Positions 23,944 through 40,139 are shown, numbered from the whole stretch's first letter. The stretch is DNA of 63,968 bases, filler included, from Circinaria calcarea (GCA_051942165.1; 4 parts of 4 records of this genome joined end to end with filler, not necessarily neighbours in it); one strand, 5' to 3'. A program made the numbers and translations. The notes: a model not told the origin generated them from the sequence alone.

Positions 23944-26900
23944 TATCCGCAGTCATCCGTCCTTCATATAGATGGCTGATATTCAATTGCACAATACCCG
24001 CACCCACCCAAATTTGGCGGCCGCACCACGAAGCGGCTGCATAGAGAGCGCATACGCGGGATGAGATGGGATGAGCGGGATGAAAAACGAAACGCCGATC
24101 AGGTTTCAGGGTTACGCGCACATACAGACAGTCCAAATTACAGAAGAGATGCAAACCACGTTGAGGTGGCCGCCTGCGTCTCGTGGTAGTAAGAGAAGTA
24201 ATATTCACCATTCCAGGATTCGTCGTGGGAGATTTAGATGTCGGAGAGGTACTCGTTGCTTAGATGTCTGGAATAATCTTGAGACACTGCTGGGGTTAGA
24301 TTACCTCACGAGCCAAAAAACCCACTAACGGCGCCAAAGGGTACCAGTTTCATACTGCCTACGATCGCTCGTTCGAGGGGGCTAGATCTACGGTCCTCGC
24401 TACTTGTGTTCTATAATACTGTTTATGGTCCCGAAGGAAAGAAGAATGAGCTCGGGTAGCCGCGGTATTGGATCGCTGCCATGTCGGCAAGATTCTAGGG
24501 TACAACAATCTCGCCTTTGCACAGCGTTTTAAGACTTCATTCTTCTCCTGGAGCTTGGAGGTTGTTGATCCGTCAAACACTAGTCTACTGTTCTCCGTCC
24601 ATCTCCTACCATCGTCGTAATTATGATTCTTGTCGTTCGCTCTGAGAAACAATTCTCCTTTAAAGTAGATGTTACCTGAAAGGGAATTGTTGTAAGAATG
24701 ATAATGTCATCTTCGCTCTACAACGTCACCCCAACATCGTTCCCGTTTTACAGATTCATGGCTTCCACCGTGGTGTAAGGTATGAAATCTCGGCCCATTT
24801 ATGATTAGCAGATCGAATGCCGACCCTCGAAAGGGAGACGTAAAGGCTATCATAACTCACGGCGTCGACTCAACCAGAGAGTGTTACTATCCTTGCTTCG
24901 ATGATCTTTTCCCCTGCGACGTACGCATCTGTGGCGTTTGGGCTTGCTTACACTGCAAGCAATGGGGCGATAAAACATTTCTAACGAGGACTTTCCGGTA
25001 GACGAACCGCAACTGGCTCGATATCCCCACGACTTGATACACATGGTTAGTTATTTCTTTAGCTATAGGTGGAATGGAGGTTAGGATCTCGGCTATGGTG
25101 TTGGAGTCGAGGCCGCTTAAATAGTCGAGATGTTTGACGACTTGAGGGCTGCTTGGGTTTGTACGAGCTGGCAGCCGCACATCTTAGTGCAACGTTGACG
25201 GAGGTCTGGAGCCTGTGAAGCATTTTCTAGAAATGTTCCAGAGTCGAGGCCGGTGGGATCGGAATAGGGAAAACTGAGGGTATATGGAATGTACCTCGAT
25301 GGTAATGGGTAACGAGGATGTACGACTATGGTAAAATCGACCGCTCGGGAGAAGCTCTGAGTAGGAGAGCTAACATTAGGTGGCTGAACAGGTCATGCTA
25401 CATGACCTGACTTTTGATACCCGTCATTAGGGGATGACCTTTCCAGATGCCGGTAACTATACTCACTGTATGCCTCGAATTGCAAGATTTTATACTATCT
25501 AAATTCTGGAACCTCCTGGTCAGTTGTTGTATGGCAAAAAAGAGAAAGGAAGAAGTCTCTGCAGTCTCCTACAAAGTAATTGCCTAAGTGAGGTGTCATG
25601 ACACTGGTATTCATTATCGATATAAAGAGCGAGGGATAGGACATGTAAGTTAGTACACGAGGGACATTCTCGAAGGAGACAGGAAGCGCCGAAGCAAGCA
25701 CTATACTTTCAAGAAACTATGTGTTTCGTACATGAAGCAGGAATTCGAATTCACCTCGATCATAATAGCCTGCATACCCGCTTGCTAAGAATCTATACAC
25801 AACCAGAATCACAAGCCCTGCTTGTAGAAAATGAATGGACCTCGAATTATTAGAGCCACTACCCCAGGAATTGACTCACCAAACCCAATGTCCCTCAGCC
25901 TCCTACACCTGTATTGACACTCTTTATCAGCCCTTCATTACGGTGTGAGGAAGGTCATCGCATGCATCACCGCGTCCTCCGCAAACTGATATAGCTAAAA
26001 CGTCCTACTCATACATCGAGCCATCTCCATATAAGACTGATTCTCGTGTATCACCTCCATGAAAGGATCATACTACATCAACCGCCAGGATCTCGGCTCC
26101 TTCACGTCCAAAACCAAGAGTTCCACATAAAGCAATGTCAGGTTCCCTTTCGCGATTCAAGCAAGTAATCATCCTGGCCATTTCCTGCTCCCTCAAGTCG
26201 TACGCCGCCATCTTTTGGACAAGCTGCGTTGCTGACGGCTGTGAATTCAACGGGCTGGTTCGTCTGTGGTGAATACAAGCTCTGTAATCTGCACGGCTGT
26301 CTAACCTCGAGGCAAAAGGTATTGGCGATATTGTTCGCGGTGGGTTTTGTTATACATAGTCGGGTAGTTAAATTGCCTTCTGAATATAAATGTGAGGATG
26401 CTATTGATGTCCTCTATAGACGTGGTCGTTTCATAGTACAGACCCTTGAGCACGCCGCTTTCTGCAGCAGCCCAACGTACATCTCTCATCGTTTTTGATC
26501 ACGAGCTTGAGAAATCGGTCAGCGCTAAATGCCTTCTTCATAGGGCACTACGGCTCTGAGGTATGCGGAATTCAGGAGCTTTAAGATAGCTGGGTTCTTG
26601 TTGGCGATTCCGGTTATGATACATGAGGTAATCGAGCGTGGTCGATTTAGAAAGGCCGGGGAACCTAGATAAGATTATAGGATTGCAAAGCTAAAGAATA
26701 AAGAAGAAGAATTTGGGAGACCTCTCTAGAGATATATATATATTACTCTGTGCCATAATACTGACATTCATCGTGGGCATAGACGGAAGATGTGAAAGAT
26801 GCGGTTTGACTTATTTATATTCATAGGCCTTAGCTCAGCTAAAGCTGACTGAATGAAAACATAATATAAATGTATGCCGTTACTGGTCAATAGCAGACCG

Positions 26901-27792
26901 AAATCTCGGAAAGACGATACGGTAATGGTGCCTATGTCCCGTTAGTATAGCCTTCTCACAGCAGTGAAATACTATGTAAAAGATATACCTAGGTTAGAGA
27001 TGCCTTTGTCACCTCCTGATATGAGCTGTTGACACCATTCAGATAGTCGAGAGAGCTAAGCAGAATGGGGATAAGCTCTTGTAGGCGAGCAAGGCAGGCT
27101 AGTAGCATTGCTGATAGGATGCACTAAAACAAAGAACAGTATCCTTCTGATGGCTGGAGGGTAACCAGTGGTAAAGTCCATACTTCCGATTTTAGTAATT
27201 GGTATGCTAATCCCATCTCCACCGGCTGGCATCGTGTACTGAACAGCTCTACCTACTCCACCTCCCTTCGAGGGATCCCGTAGACAAATTCACTCCATCC
27301 TAGGAGTGGTTAGCAACTTCTTTGTTATCATATATCCAGGTGACTTAACACAAAGAGCAAAAGATTTAGCCTTTTCAATACAGGTTACAGATCAAGTAAA
27401 TATATATCTCTTATATAATTTCCATTATATAACACCACACCCTCCGCTCATAATTCCATAGTCCGTGTGAAGTCATCGCCGTGAACTGGAACGCATATAT
27501 AAATGCGAATACTCCGTAAGCATTGGTACACTTAGATAGGAAGCCGAGGAAGATGGTGGCAGTGTGTACTTGAAGGCAAAGATTATTTAATCCACAAAGG
27601 CGGACTATAGAATAGGCGAATTCCAAGGATCATAAATGCTGTACCGACGAGCGTCACATAGCAACGTCTCATTGGAGAGTAAATGCTGTAGTAGGCTATG
27701 GTATATAATTTGATGGAGTAAAGGCAAGACCTCTATCAGTAAGAAACATCATCTTTTCTTATACACATTAACTATTCCGGAATTTTGAATAT

Positions 27793-29276
27793 CTACAGAC
27801 GCGTAATGATAGCACCAGCATACTCATGCGTCTTGGCGTTGCCGCCTAGGTCACCCGTTAAGTACTGCAATCCCGTTAGCTATGATATTTTTCTCTTCTC
27901 TCGTAGGTTTTACCTACCTTCCCTTCGGCTAAAGTATCAAATATTGCTTTCTGTATCTTGTCCGCATGCTCAGTCAATCCCATATGTTGCAGCATCATTA
28001 TGCTACTCAACAGTAGCGCCGTTGGGTTTGCCAGTCCTTTTCCAGCAATGTCTGGCGCGGAACCGTGTACAGCCTCAAAGATGGAACATTCATCGCCGAT
28101 GTTACCCGAAGGGGTGAGGCCAAGCCCTCCAATCAATCCAGCGCACATGTCTGACAGAATATCGCCGTAAAGATTCGGCATGACCAAAACCTTGTCAGAA
28201 TACGGGGTCGGGTCCGTCACAATTTTGAGGCAGGTGTTGTCTAGTAGCTCGGCATCGAACTCGATGTGTGGGTAGTCCTTGCTGACTTCCCGTGCAATAG
28301 ATAGGAATAAACCGTCTGACATCTTCATGATGGTGGCTTTGTGTACAGCGCGAACTTTCCGTTTACCGGTCTCATCAGCATATTGAAAAGCGAACCTGAG
28401 TACACGTTCAGATGCTGCTCGTGTAATTAGTTTGATGCTTTGCACGACGCCATCAACAACGACGTGCTCGATGCCAGAATATTCCCCCTCAGTGTTCTCT
28501 CGAATCAATACGGTATCAACATTATCATAAGGCGTCTTGTAACCAGCGATGGACTTGCAAGGTCGAATGTTTGCGAATAGGTTGAAGGTTCGTCGAAGAG
28601 TTAAGTTGAGGGAGACATGACCTTTCCCAATGGGTGTCTATGCCAAATTATCAGCAAGCTTTGCATATATTTCTTGAGAGCCCTAACCATACGGCGAGGG
28701 GGCCTTTGAGTGCCACCAAATTCCTCTGTACGCTATCTATAGCCTTGTCGGGTATCACGGTTTTACCGTCCTTGAGCTGTGGAGTGACATCGACACTTTC
28801 CCACTTGATGGGTACCTATAAGCAGTCAGTATGCCTCTGTTGCCAGCTGTAAAACCATATCCTACTTTAGCAGCTGTGAAGATGTCTTTCACGGATTGCG
28901 AGATCTCCGGACCGATGCCATCTCCTTCGATCAGCGTGACCATGTATTTGCCCTACATCGCTGCTTTGTCAGCCACCAGCGATCTTTTGACTTGGCTAGT
29001 GAAGCCGAATAATGCTGCGAGAAAAGCGTTGGTGGAATTGTACATCTGAGGCTTTTTGTCCCTTGAACCTGGCAATCTGATCTCTGACGGGTGTGGCGTA
29101 GAGCCTTGTCTGTGTCTGCATAGTGAAATGTTAGAAAGAAGATCGCAGTCTTTAAAGCTCGAGTCTCGTTGGAGGGGTAGGTGTACCTTAGTCCATACTG
29201 GAAGCCATTCTTGCGGCGCCTGGATGCTTCGAAGACATTGCCGTGAAGGGGCACCAATTGAGCGTGCCAGAAGCAT
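27793..29276 (-). CDS. IDH2: NAD-dependent isocitrate dehydrogenase subunit 2, mitochondrial
   Basis: [70 protein letters not shown] and [13 protein letters not shown]. Five introns; presequence MLLARS. Confidence 0.95.
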
Positions 29277-29607
29277 ACTGAATGACCGCTAAGCGCTGAT
29301 CAAGAAGCTGGAGGAAGAGAGATGCAATGCTCACGGCCGTGGTGGAGGTCAGCCAAGGCCGGGCTGAGCAAAAGATACATGTAGATAGGCGTAGAGTAAC
29401 CGCGCGATAGACTCAAGCTTGCTGTGCCACGCATAAGGCTGTGCAGGGGATGCATATTTCCGTTCAAGCTATGGTGTCCGTGCGGCATTGGATACGCCAA
29501 TAGCTTCTCTCGTAAATCTCCGAACTAAGCTGCCTACTCATGTTCATGTATAATTGGCAGGGGCATTAGACAGTCAGCTTTAGCACTCACGGTTCACACA
29601 TCCTATT

Positions 29608-32600
29608 ATGGCCAACGATGGCCGCCTGATCCTGAACCACTACAATATATCCAACCCATTCCCTACTGAGTGGCCAGCCGAGAACGATGACAGCGATACC
29701 TCCGAACCTGACATCCCCCTCAAAGCTGCCACACAGCTTGCACACAGCAAATCAAGATCAAGATATACAGTCCTCGAGCGCAACGGTGGCGATCGGCGTA
29801 GCCTGGTACCTGGGTCAGAGAAGACCAGGGACGGAGTGGAGAACCTGGTGCAGAGGGATGAGCCCGACCCACTGGGAGCTACAGACAGTGTGGTACGGGC
29901 CCTGAGACAGAAAGGACTATCTGTGGATGACGACCAACGCTTGAGTAAGAGCAGCATCCTCATTAACACCTCTCCAGTGAACTGAAACAAACTCCCAGGG
30001 AATCGCTTTTTACTATCCTCAACCACGTTTACACCCACTCTGTACCTATCGCAGGTACACTCAGCTGCCTCAACACAGTCCTTGTTACAAGGTCTCGAAT
30101 ACCTCTCACAATCGATCGACCAGAAATCTGCCTCCCTAAAGGTGCTTGTGGAATCGAACTTCGAACGCTTCGTCCGAGCAAAGAGCACAATTGATAATGT
30201 TTACACTGAGATGAGGAATCAAGGAAACGAACCTCAAATCGAGAAACCCCGAACACATTCTCGCCATGCGAGTCGAAACAGCACACACTTCAGGAATATC
30301 AGCGGCCAGGGTCTCCCAGCTCCTGGTGTAGCTTTTCAAAAGGCTCCTCCAAACGACAAGAAGAAGCATGCTTTGACCAAAGAGAGCGAGTATGGTGTGC
30401 AGGGGATCAAGGTGCCACTGATAGAAGTCGCTGTGAAAGCAGAGGAAGTCTGGGGTCCCGCTTTGGGTGGTAGAGATCGAGAACAAAACCTCAGAATGAT
30501 ACTCGGATCGATTGAAAAGTCACAAGGTGTTTTCGAGGTTGGGGTTGCAATATCGGATTGCATAAAGCGCAAAGACTACGATAAGCTGGTGAAAGAGTAT
30601 TCAAGAGCGCGGAGGTATGCAGATGATGCCCGAAAAACTGCAGATGTAGCAATTCACAACTCTTCACCACTTACGGAACCCCAAGTACACCAAATCGTCT
30701 TGTCTGGACGTATGTGGCTCCAGGTGGAAGATCAGATTGATGCATTCAAGCGGGAGGTGTGGCGGAACCTCACCAGTTTCCAGGCGAATTTAGCAATGTC
30801 CACAGATCGGAGCCACCAAGAAGATCACATGACGCTCATTGGCGTTCTTTTAGAGTTGGGCGTAGAAGATAACCCTATTTGGGTCTGGTTATTGAGCCGA
30901 TACGATTACTTGAAAAATAAAATCAACTCAACTTTTGCACGGTCGAGAGTCGAAATTGAGGTACTCAGAAGACGGGTGGCAAACGCAGAAAAACCGAGTC
31001 CGTACCTCTCTGCGATACATCTTAAAGGCGCAACTCGACAAAGCTCGGAGGATGTGGCCAAGCAGCTTGATACAAAGCCCGTGTTAGAGCTCTGGAATCT
31101 CATATATCAGTCTTTAAGTAACCTTCTTTCGGTGCAGGGGGGGTTGCTAGGAGAAGTCATTGATTTCTGGAGTAGAGCCCAATCATTCATAGATGGCAAC
31201 GCACAGAGAGTACTTCCGACGGGGATAGATGGAAGCAGCCGAAAGCATCATCGCCTCTCAAGTGATGGAACTAGAGACCTGCAGAAGGGGGCATTAGAAC
31301 TTGTTGATCTTTTGCGGGAAAACGTTTTTTCTTTTTTCGCAGACCCTCCGATCGAGGACATCTCTAGCCTATACTCACCAGTACCCGCTGATACCCCAAA
31401 TACACCACGCTCCGCTACAATTTCTCCCTTTTCACAACCAGAACATCGCTTTCGGCTTGATCTACTGAGTCCCCCGCCGCCATCTCCGAAACGAGGTGAA
31501 TATTGGGAGGAATTCGCGTTTTGGCCTCCTTATGCCAACTCTCTCAGTGGTGTCTATTATCTTGGAAAGATTATGGACTTACTAGGAATCGCCACTATCG
31601 AGATGGCTTTTATAAGTCCGGTATCTCCTGGAAGCCCTGAACAGGAGAAGCTCAAGCACTTAGTGGGGGGCGCCCGAGAAAGGTCTTTGCGAGTTATATG
31701 TGCTGCCTGGAGCGGAGATGCCGAGAAATGCAAGATGCTGGAGGACTGGACGCGCAAATCTGACCAATCCGATCTGACGCGGATGCCTGCGCATTTCGCT
31801 GCCATCGAATCTTTTGTCCTATCAGGAATTCAGAAGATTGTATACATCAGCAATGTAGTTAACACACAAAAGAATACTACCGGTATCGTCACGCCACCTC
31901 CGAACAAGCTCGTGCAAATGATGAGGACCCAGTTTGTAACGAGCTTATACAAGGCCTTGGCGGGGATGGTAGAGAACGCAGAAAAGCCTGTAAATCTTGA
32001 TCGAGATCCTTGGACGGCTGATCAAGGTTTGAGCATTGATCAGCAAAGCCAGAGAGGATCTGTAGATCCGAACAGGGATACGATTGATACGAGTAATAGG
32101 GTATGTTATTCTTCGTTTTGGTTGGTGTATTCCCTACTAACGTGAGCTAGAACCTACGGATGTTGTTAACCTTGAGCAACCTCAAGGCCTTACAAACGGA
32201 GATCGTGCCCCAACTGGTCAGTCAATTTGAGGCCGACTTTTCTGTCAAACTTACCGACGAGTGCAAAACTATCTATGATGTCCTCGGGCAAATTGATAGG
32301 CGCCTTTTCCAGTCCTATATACGTCCAACAGAGGAGAGGCTATCCACCATTATACGCAACGGTATTTCATCTCCTAAATGGCCACCAACCACCGAGCGCC
32401 CGACGGAGGTTAGACCATACGTTTACGAAGGTTTGCTATTGCTTGTCTACATCCATACCGAAGTCTCGACCACTGCTGCGACCCTTACCCCACAGATCTT
32501 GTCGTATCTGCTTGAGCATATCGTGTCTTCACTACTCCAAGCCTTCAAAATGCGCTCAAAATACAACTTAGCTTCCATGATGCAGGCTACCCTCGATGTT

Positions 32601-32797
32601 GAATTCTTTGCCCAGACGCTAAGTCAGTATAATACCGACCGCGCCAGCGAGATTACAAGTCAGGTATACCTAGAGCTCGATCGAGGAAATGACAGCGATT
32701 TAAAGAATCGTTTGGAGGTCGAGTTGCCAGAGATGAGTGCAACGCTGAAGAGATTGAGGGAAGCCGCGCGAAATGAGTTCGCTTGCTTCAAGAAACA
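29608..32797 (+). CDS. SEC5: exocyst complex component Sec5, last codons cut by linker
   Basis: LVQRDEPDPLG, RNRFLLSSTTFTPTLYLSQVH, LKVLVESNFERFVRAKSTIDNVY and MQATLDVEFFAQTLSQY. Introns ~29945-29998 and 32101-32150. Confidence 0.93.
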
Positions 32798-32897
32798 NNN
32801 NNNNNNNNNNNNNNNNNNNNNNNNNNNNNNNNNNNNNNNNNTTAATTAATTAANNNNNNNNNNNNNNNNNNNNNNNNNNNNNNNNNNNNNNNNNNNN
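32798..32897. other. artificial contig linker
   Basis: N44-TTAATTAATTAA-N44. Confidence 0.97.
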
Positions 32898-34178
32898 AGC
32901 GTACATTTAACCTCTCTGGGTTCCCTCCCAGAACCTTTGTTAGCCACAGTTGCTTAAGCTCTTTCTCTAGCCTCGAAGGAAGGCCGGGATACATGCTACT
33001 GCCTCCGCTCAGCACAATAGCTTTGTAAAGGCTACTCCGGACGTCGATATCTGCCGCTTGTATAGTATTGAATAAGAATTCCGCAATCCCGGGCTGCTCA
33101 ACGTCCACCAGATACGGTTGAAAAAGACACTCAGGGGCTTCGAACCGCTCACTTCCCACTCTGATTACTCGGCCGTCAGGTAATGTATACGATTCAACCA
33201 GTACAGTGGTTTCTTCGCTTAGTCGCTGATCGAGTTCCAGGTCATAGCTGACATAACAGAGTTTCTCCTTGATTTGACGCACTGTCTCGAAATCTGCTGT
33301 TCGATTAAGAGCGTAGCCACGTCGTAGTAAGAGGGCAATAAGGTTTCGGGTAACGTCGCGACCTGCGACATCAAGCCGTCGAGTCAGGTTATTGAGAACG
33401 GTAGACTCGTAAACAGGGACGATATGGGTTACTCCGTCGCCAGAATCGACGACTACCCCACTGCTCAAACCTTGGAAAATCGTTAGCAGAGGCTCGGCCT
33501 CCTGACCTACATGACGAAACACACCTTGAGCATAGAGAGCTAGCACCGCTTGTATTGATACGTAGACTCCACCAAAGTTATACCTTTCAAACATGACTTC
33601 GGCCATTTGTTCCCGGTTTCTCTTGGGGTTCATAGGTGGTTCGGTAAGAAGGATTTTGCGCCCGGATGTATCAATTTTCAATTTTTCGTGGAACGTGAAG
33701 TCCCAGAGGTGCTCCATATCATCCCACCGCTTGACTATTCCATTCTCCATCTATAATTTATGCTCGTCAGCCCATACCATTCCGTATTCTAAAGCTATAT
33801 CGGCCACAGTCATCTGCCCCGAAACCTCCACATACAGGATATGTAATCTGTAACATGGATCTTGCCGCAGCTGCTTCATCACCGCACATGATATCCTTGA
33901 CCACAATATCGCCGGCTCGTTCTTCTGATCGTAGGATAGGTCGACCGACAATCGAAGGGAATTGGTGCTCTGGGAAGTTCTGTATTGAGAAGTCCGTATA
34001 AGCGTCTCTGTGGAAGGACTGCGCCAGGGTAAATGGGCCATATGGCTGCTGCTTACCTGGGCGGCATATCCAACTTTGAGGAACCCAGTTCCTCCATCGA
34101 GGACTAGAGTTCTGGGTTTAGTCAAGGCTTTTGCTGATTCCTAGATATCTTAGACGTACCTATGGGTGCCTCAGCCAT
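32898..34178 (-). CDS. ARP2: actin-related protein 2 (Arp2/3 complex), 3' truncated
   Basis: [61 protein letters not shown] and [22 protein letters not shown]. The contig ends inside an intron after ERLN. Confidence 0.96.
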
Positions 34179-36216
34179 CGTGGTGGTGTATCAATTGAGC
34201 TTCAATAAGAATCCAAGCCTCCCACCAATATACGTGGGGTGAGTATTCGTATACACAATAAGGCTGAGACCGGAACTTTGTCCGCCGTCATCCGACAGGT
34301 ATTTATGCTAGCGGAGAATCCCTAATCTCTACGACCACCCTTCTTTCAACGATATAAAGAAGTGCCCCCAACCAGACCGCGGCTAGAAGCACCGGTCTTC
34401 ATGAATCACAATAGATCTTCTGGTTGTATTCACAGTGATAGCATGTCGGCTTTCACCCTTGATTGGACCATTGAGACAGGCATTGGGATGCGCCAGTAAT
34501 CGTAGGTTCACCATGAAAAAGTGTTGTTTCTTCTTTTATGTTCTCCAACCGGGGGATTCACTTGGGATATAGAGTTCATTGTTCAGTAACTGCTTTGCTT
34601 AAGAATTACTTCTGGATAAGCAAGTAGTGGAGCTTTCGACTGCCGTCTGTTCATAATCGGAGCCTCAACTAGGAAAAAGCCTTCGCTTTAATCGTGTAAA
34701 TAGCAGAGGCTGCTGAATGTTGGTATTCAAGGAGATTGAATGGAGACTCAAGGTGGTGATCTCTTTCATTTGATATTCATTCTCATTATCTGCAGACATT
34801 TTCAATAGCTGCACCTCAAAAACTGCTGAGTGTTTCACTCTGTCCAATAAGCCAATTAGTTTGATGTCTAACCACTTCACAACTCATCAACTTCTTACCA
34901 TCAGATCTCCACTGTAACATCTACTTCAACGATCACCTTCACAACTACCCTCCCATCTTTCCCATACCCACCCTCCAGCTCTCCAGCTCTTCAATGGCCC
35001 CTACTCAGAGCCACTATTTCACCACCGCCTCTTCAATTCTGCTTCAGCTCCTCCATCTTCAAAGTCTGATACCCATCATCAAACACAAGTGGAAACCTTA
35101 GCACTAATCAATCACTTTTCCTAACCCACACCCCTTCAGAACTAGCGGGCTTTTCAAAGCTTGATTGGCTCTTTGTCTTTCAGCATTCTCAGAGAATGCA
35201 GAGGCCTTAGTAATACTCCGCCTGTTGATATATGATACCGCCATCTCCTTATTTATATTTCTGCTCTCCCTTTCCCGCGCATCCTCTTAATCCACCCACC
35301 TGACCCAATCCCGCCCCTTTCCATCTCATATTGTAGAAACTAAGGTCGAGCAGAGAGAACAACGAGGTTGAGTTATGTGGTACGAGGAAGGAGATACTGT
35401 TTGCTGCACGGTAGGTAATGACGGTGAGGGTTTGAAAATTATAGGATAAGAGTTGATGAACGGGGTTGACGAGTGAAATGCGATGATGCGACATGCTACG
35501 ACGGTAGGAAGTGGAGATGATGCAGGTGTAACATGCATTTCGTGGATGTAAGTCTAATGGTTGCAAAGCATCGTATGGAAGATTGCTAATCCTCTCAGGA
35601 GCTAGGGTTTACTCCATCTCATTTACGGAATCACATGCCGAACGCCATACATACAAGCCTTGGCCCCAAAAACCCTAACCGCCCTCAACTATATAATGAT
35701 TATACGGACCTCTTTTCTCACAAGCCTGGGTGGGGTACCCCCTCGTGGCCCACTTCGGAGGGCCTCTGTTTCTACCAAATCCGGCCTAACCCCTTAAGCG
35801 AACTTCGACAAATCGAGAAAAATTGGTAATAACTTAATGAGGACGGAAACATGAAAGCTTCATCAACAAGCGGGCGTTCGAATCCCCCATCCGAAGTAAA
35901 CCAGACCCCTTGTTGGGTTGAGTTTCGTAGCAAGCCATTCGACTTCGAATCATTCGAATCGGGTGGCTTGTGAGCTTTTGCCATTTTTTTTGTTGGATTT
36001 GCCAGTTGCACGGGTTTGATTTGGCGGATTTGTTGATTTCGTTTCTCGGTTAGGGCATTTAGGACTTTTTCACGACTGTATTCTGCAAATGCATTTTCGA
36101 TTGGAACATTTGGGAAATAACGCTTTACTCTTTATCTAATCTCTTGTTCTATTTCTAGTCTATCTGTTTATATATTGCAAGTTATACCATGCTATATACA
36201 GAAAGGGGTAGAAGGC

Positions 36217-37667
<1,451 letters not shown>

Positions 37668-38354
37668 GATTGGGAAAGCTATATGCTTATGTCTTGAGCT
37701 TAGATTGATGTGATATCTGTTCAATATGGAGTTTCGAAAAGAAGCGTCAAATAACAAATGGAGGTGTCCAAGGAAATCTCAATGGCATTATATATCGTGT
37801 GTTCGGTGTAGCCGGAGAAATCTCCGCAAAACTTTTCTCTGCTTCTTCGAAGACGTCATGCTGGTAGTTTAATAAATGTAGTGGTCGGATAAAAGGCAGT
37901 TCCTGAATAATTGGGCCTTTTATTTGCTTGTTCTCTGGCTTAGGTAAAAATTACTAATTGCTCTTTGGATAAACGTTCATGCTCGCAGTTTCCAATGGAG
38001 GGGTCCTCCCTCCGATAGGGGCGGAAATATCTGATAGTCTAATGTAGTCCGCTGGACCTAATTTCCCCGCCTTTTGATTTGTGCTCTCCTTAAACTATCA
38101 GCCGATCATCATCGCTCACTTCTAGGAAAACCAACGGCTATAGAAAACAACGGGCTTAACCAAAGATGGAAGCCCCTCATCGTCTGCAGTATTGGACCGA
38201 TTGTGCAACTTGCGGGGATCTCGGAGAGAACCTTCTACGTATCTCCTCACCAGGTAATTATTCTAGAATACCCCGCCCATGATGCAGCGCATACATAACC
38301 AGCCTTTGTTGGCTGTGGTCTGGTCACTACAGCCTCCGGCGACAAACTGACACT

Positions 38355-40139
38355 ATGGCACTCGCTTCTCTGGTTAGAATTGTGGCGATCATAGTGCTAT
38401 CTTCTGCGCGGATACAGGCTCAAAGTTATAATGGGCTGGCGGTAACTCCCGCTATGGGATGGGTCTGTGCTGTGTGTTAAAAGACTAGAAGAATACAAGA
38501 CTGATATGTATAGAATAACTGGAATGCATTCGCCTGTGATGTTAGCGAGGATCTCCTTCTTGGAACTGCGGAAAAGATAGTTGATTACGGGCTGCACGAT
38601 CTTGGCTACAATTATGTTATCCTGGACGACTGCTGGTCTGTCGGACGGACTTCGAATGGCACCCTCCAACCCAACATGACGAGGTTCCCTAACGGCATTG
38701 GCCATGTTGCGAACCAACTCCACAGTATGGGCCTGAAGTTTGGCATGTACTCGTCAGCCGGGCTCTACACCTGTGCCAGATATGCTGCATCATTGGGAAA
38801 AGAGGTACAGGATGCGCAGACTTTCGCAGATTGGGGGGTTGATTATCTGAAGTGTGGGTAGAGATGAAAATGGAAAACCCGATGGAGCATGGAATTAACG
38901 CATACAGACGACAACTGCTTTAACGAGGGACAAGCAGGAACGTCGTTGATCACCTACAATCGGTACAATGCCATGTCGAAAGCCTTGAATCAGACAGGCA
39001 GGCCTATTCTTTACTCCATGTGTAACTGGGGCGAGGACAAACCTTGGAACTGGGCTCAGACGATAGCGAATTCCTGGCGAATGTCTGGGGATATCTACGA
39101 TTCGTTTGACCGACCCGAGTAGGTTGAGGCATCAGGCTCCATCTACTGCAAGGTCATTAAAACACTGATACTTGCGGCAATAGCGAACGATGCCCCTGTA
39201 GCGGAGACCAAGGTTACGACTGCGCTCTTCCAGGCTCCCATTGTTCCGTGATGAACATTCTTAACAAGATGGCAGCTATCCAGAGCAAATCCCAAAGTGG
39301 CGCTACCAATGATATGGATATGCTTGAAGTTGGGAATGGAGGGTGAGCGTGGTTGGACCGCGGACTATAGAAATGGTACATGCTGATACCAACTCAAGGA
39401 TGACGGATGATGAATACAAGCTGCATTTCTCCATGTGGTGAGACTGATACCGCGCCCGCAAGAACTATTATTTAATCAATAGGAAACTAATCCGTCGACC
39501 CACCCACATAGGGCATTCATGGTCTCCCCCCTAATAATGGGCACCGACATCCGAAAAATGAGCCCGGAAACCCTCTCCATCTACTCCAACCCCGCCATCA
39601 TCGCCCTAAACCAAGATCCCGCAGTCTCGGCCGGGATCCGGGTCTGGCGCTACTACGTCGACGATATCGATCAATACGGCCAAGGCGAAATCTCCCTCTG
39701 GAGGCGAACTCTCTCCAACGGCGATGTAGCCGTCGCTTTGGTCAACGCAGGCAACGAGACGCGAGAAATGAACGCCACACTGGGCGATATCTTTCTCGAC
39801 TCCGGCTCGACGCGGTCGCCGCGCGCGATGGAGACGTGGGATGTATATGACCTGTGGGCGAACCGGATGGACGATGCCACCGCAAGCTCGATTATCACTG
39901 GCAACGCGACTGTCAACGGTACGGTAATGGAGACTAGGAATAGTACGACGAAGTACAATAGTACGGCCATGAGCTATGCGGATGGGTTGGCCATGAATCA
40001 TCCGGCGCTGTTTGGTAGGAAGACGGGGACGATTGTGCCAATGGGGACGCTGAGAGCGACGGTTCCGAGGCATGGGATTGGGCTGTTTCGGATTCGGTCG
40101 CAGGGTGGAGCGGGGGCAAGGAAGAGGGATGAGCTGTGA
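38355..40139 (+). CDS. secreted alpha-galactosidase, glycoside hydrolase family 27
   Basis: Signal peptide, then NGLAVTPAMGW|NNWN, LDDCWS, DYLK|YDNC, WRMSGDI, NDMDMLEVGNG and SPLIMGTD. About five introns; C-terminus ends in RDEL. Confidence 0.94.

Noticed and set aside
24359..26700. Short ORF fragments
   Set aside because: Possibly decayed genes, but no recognisable motif or consistent splice model.
29608..34178. SEC5 next to ARP2 as a polarity/secretion cluster
   Set aside because: They lie on different contig pieces separated by a linker.
34600..36100. Possible transposon or gene remnant
   Set aside because: No TIR, LTR or domain motif that I could support.
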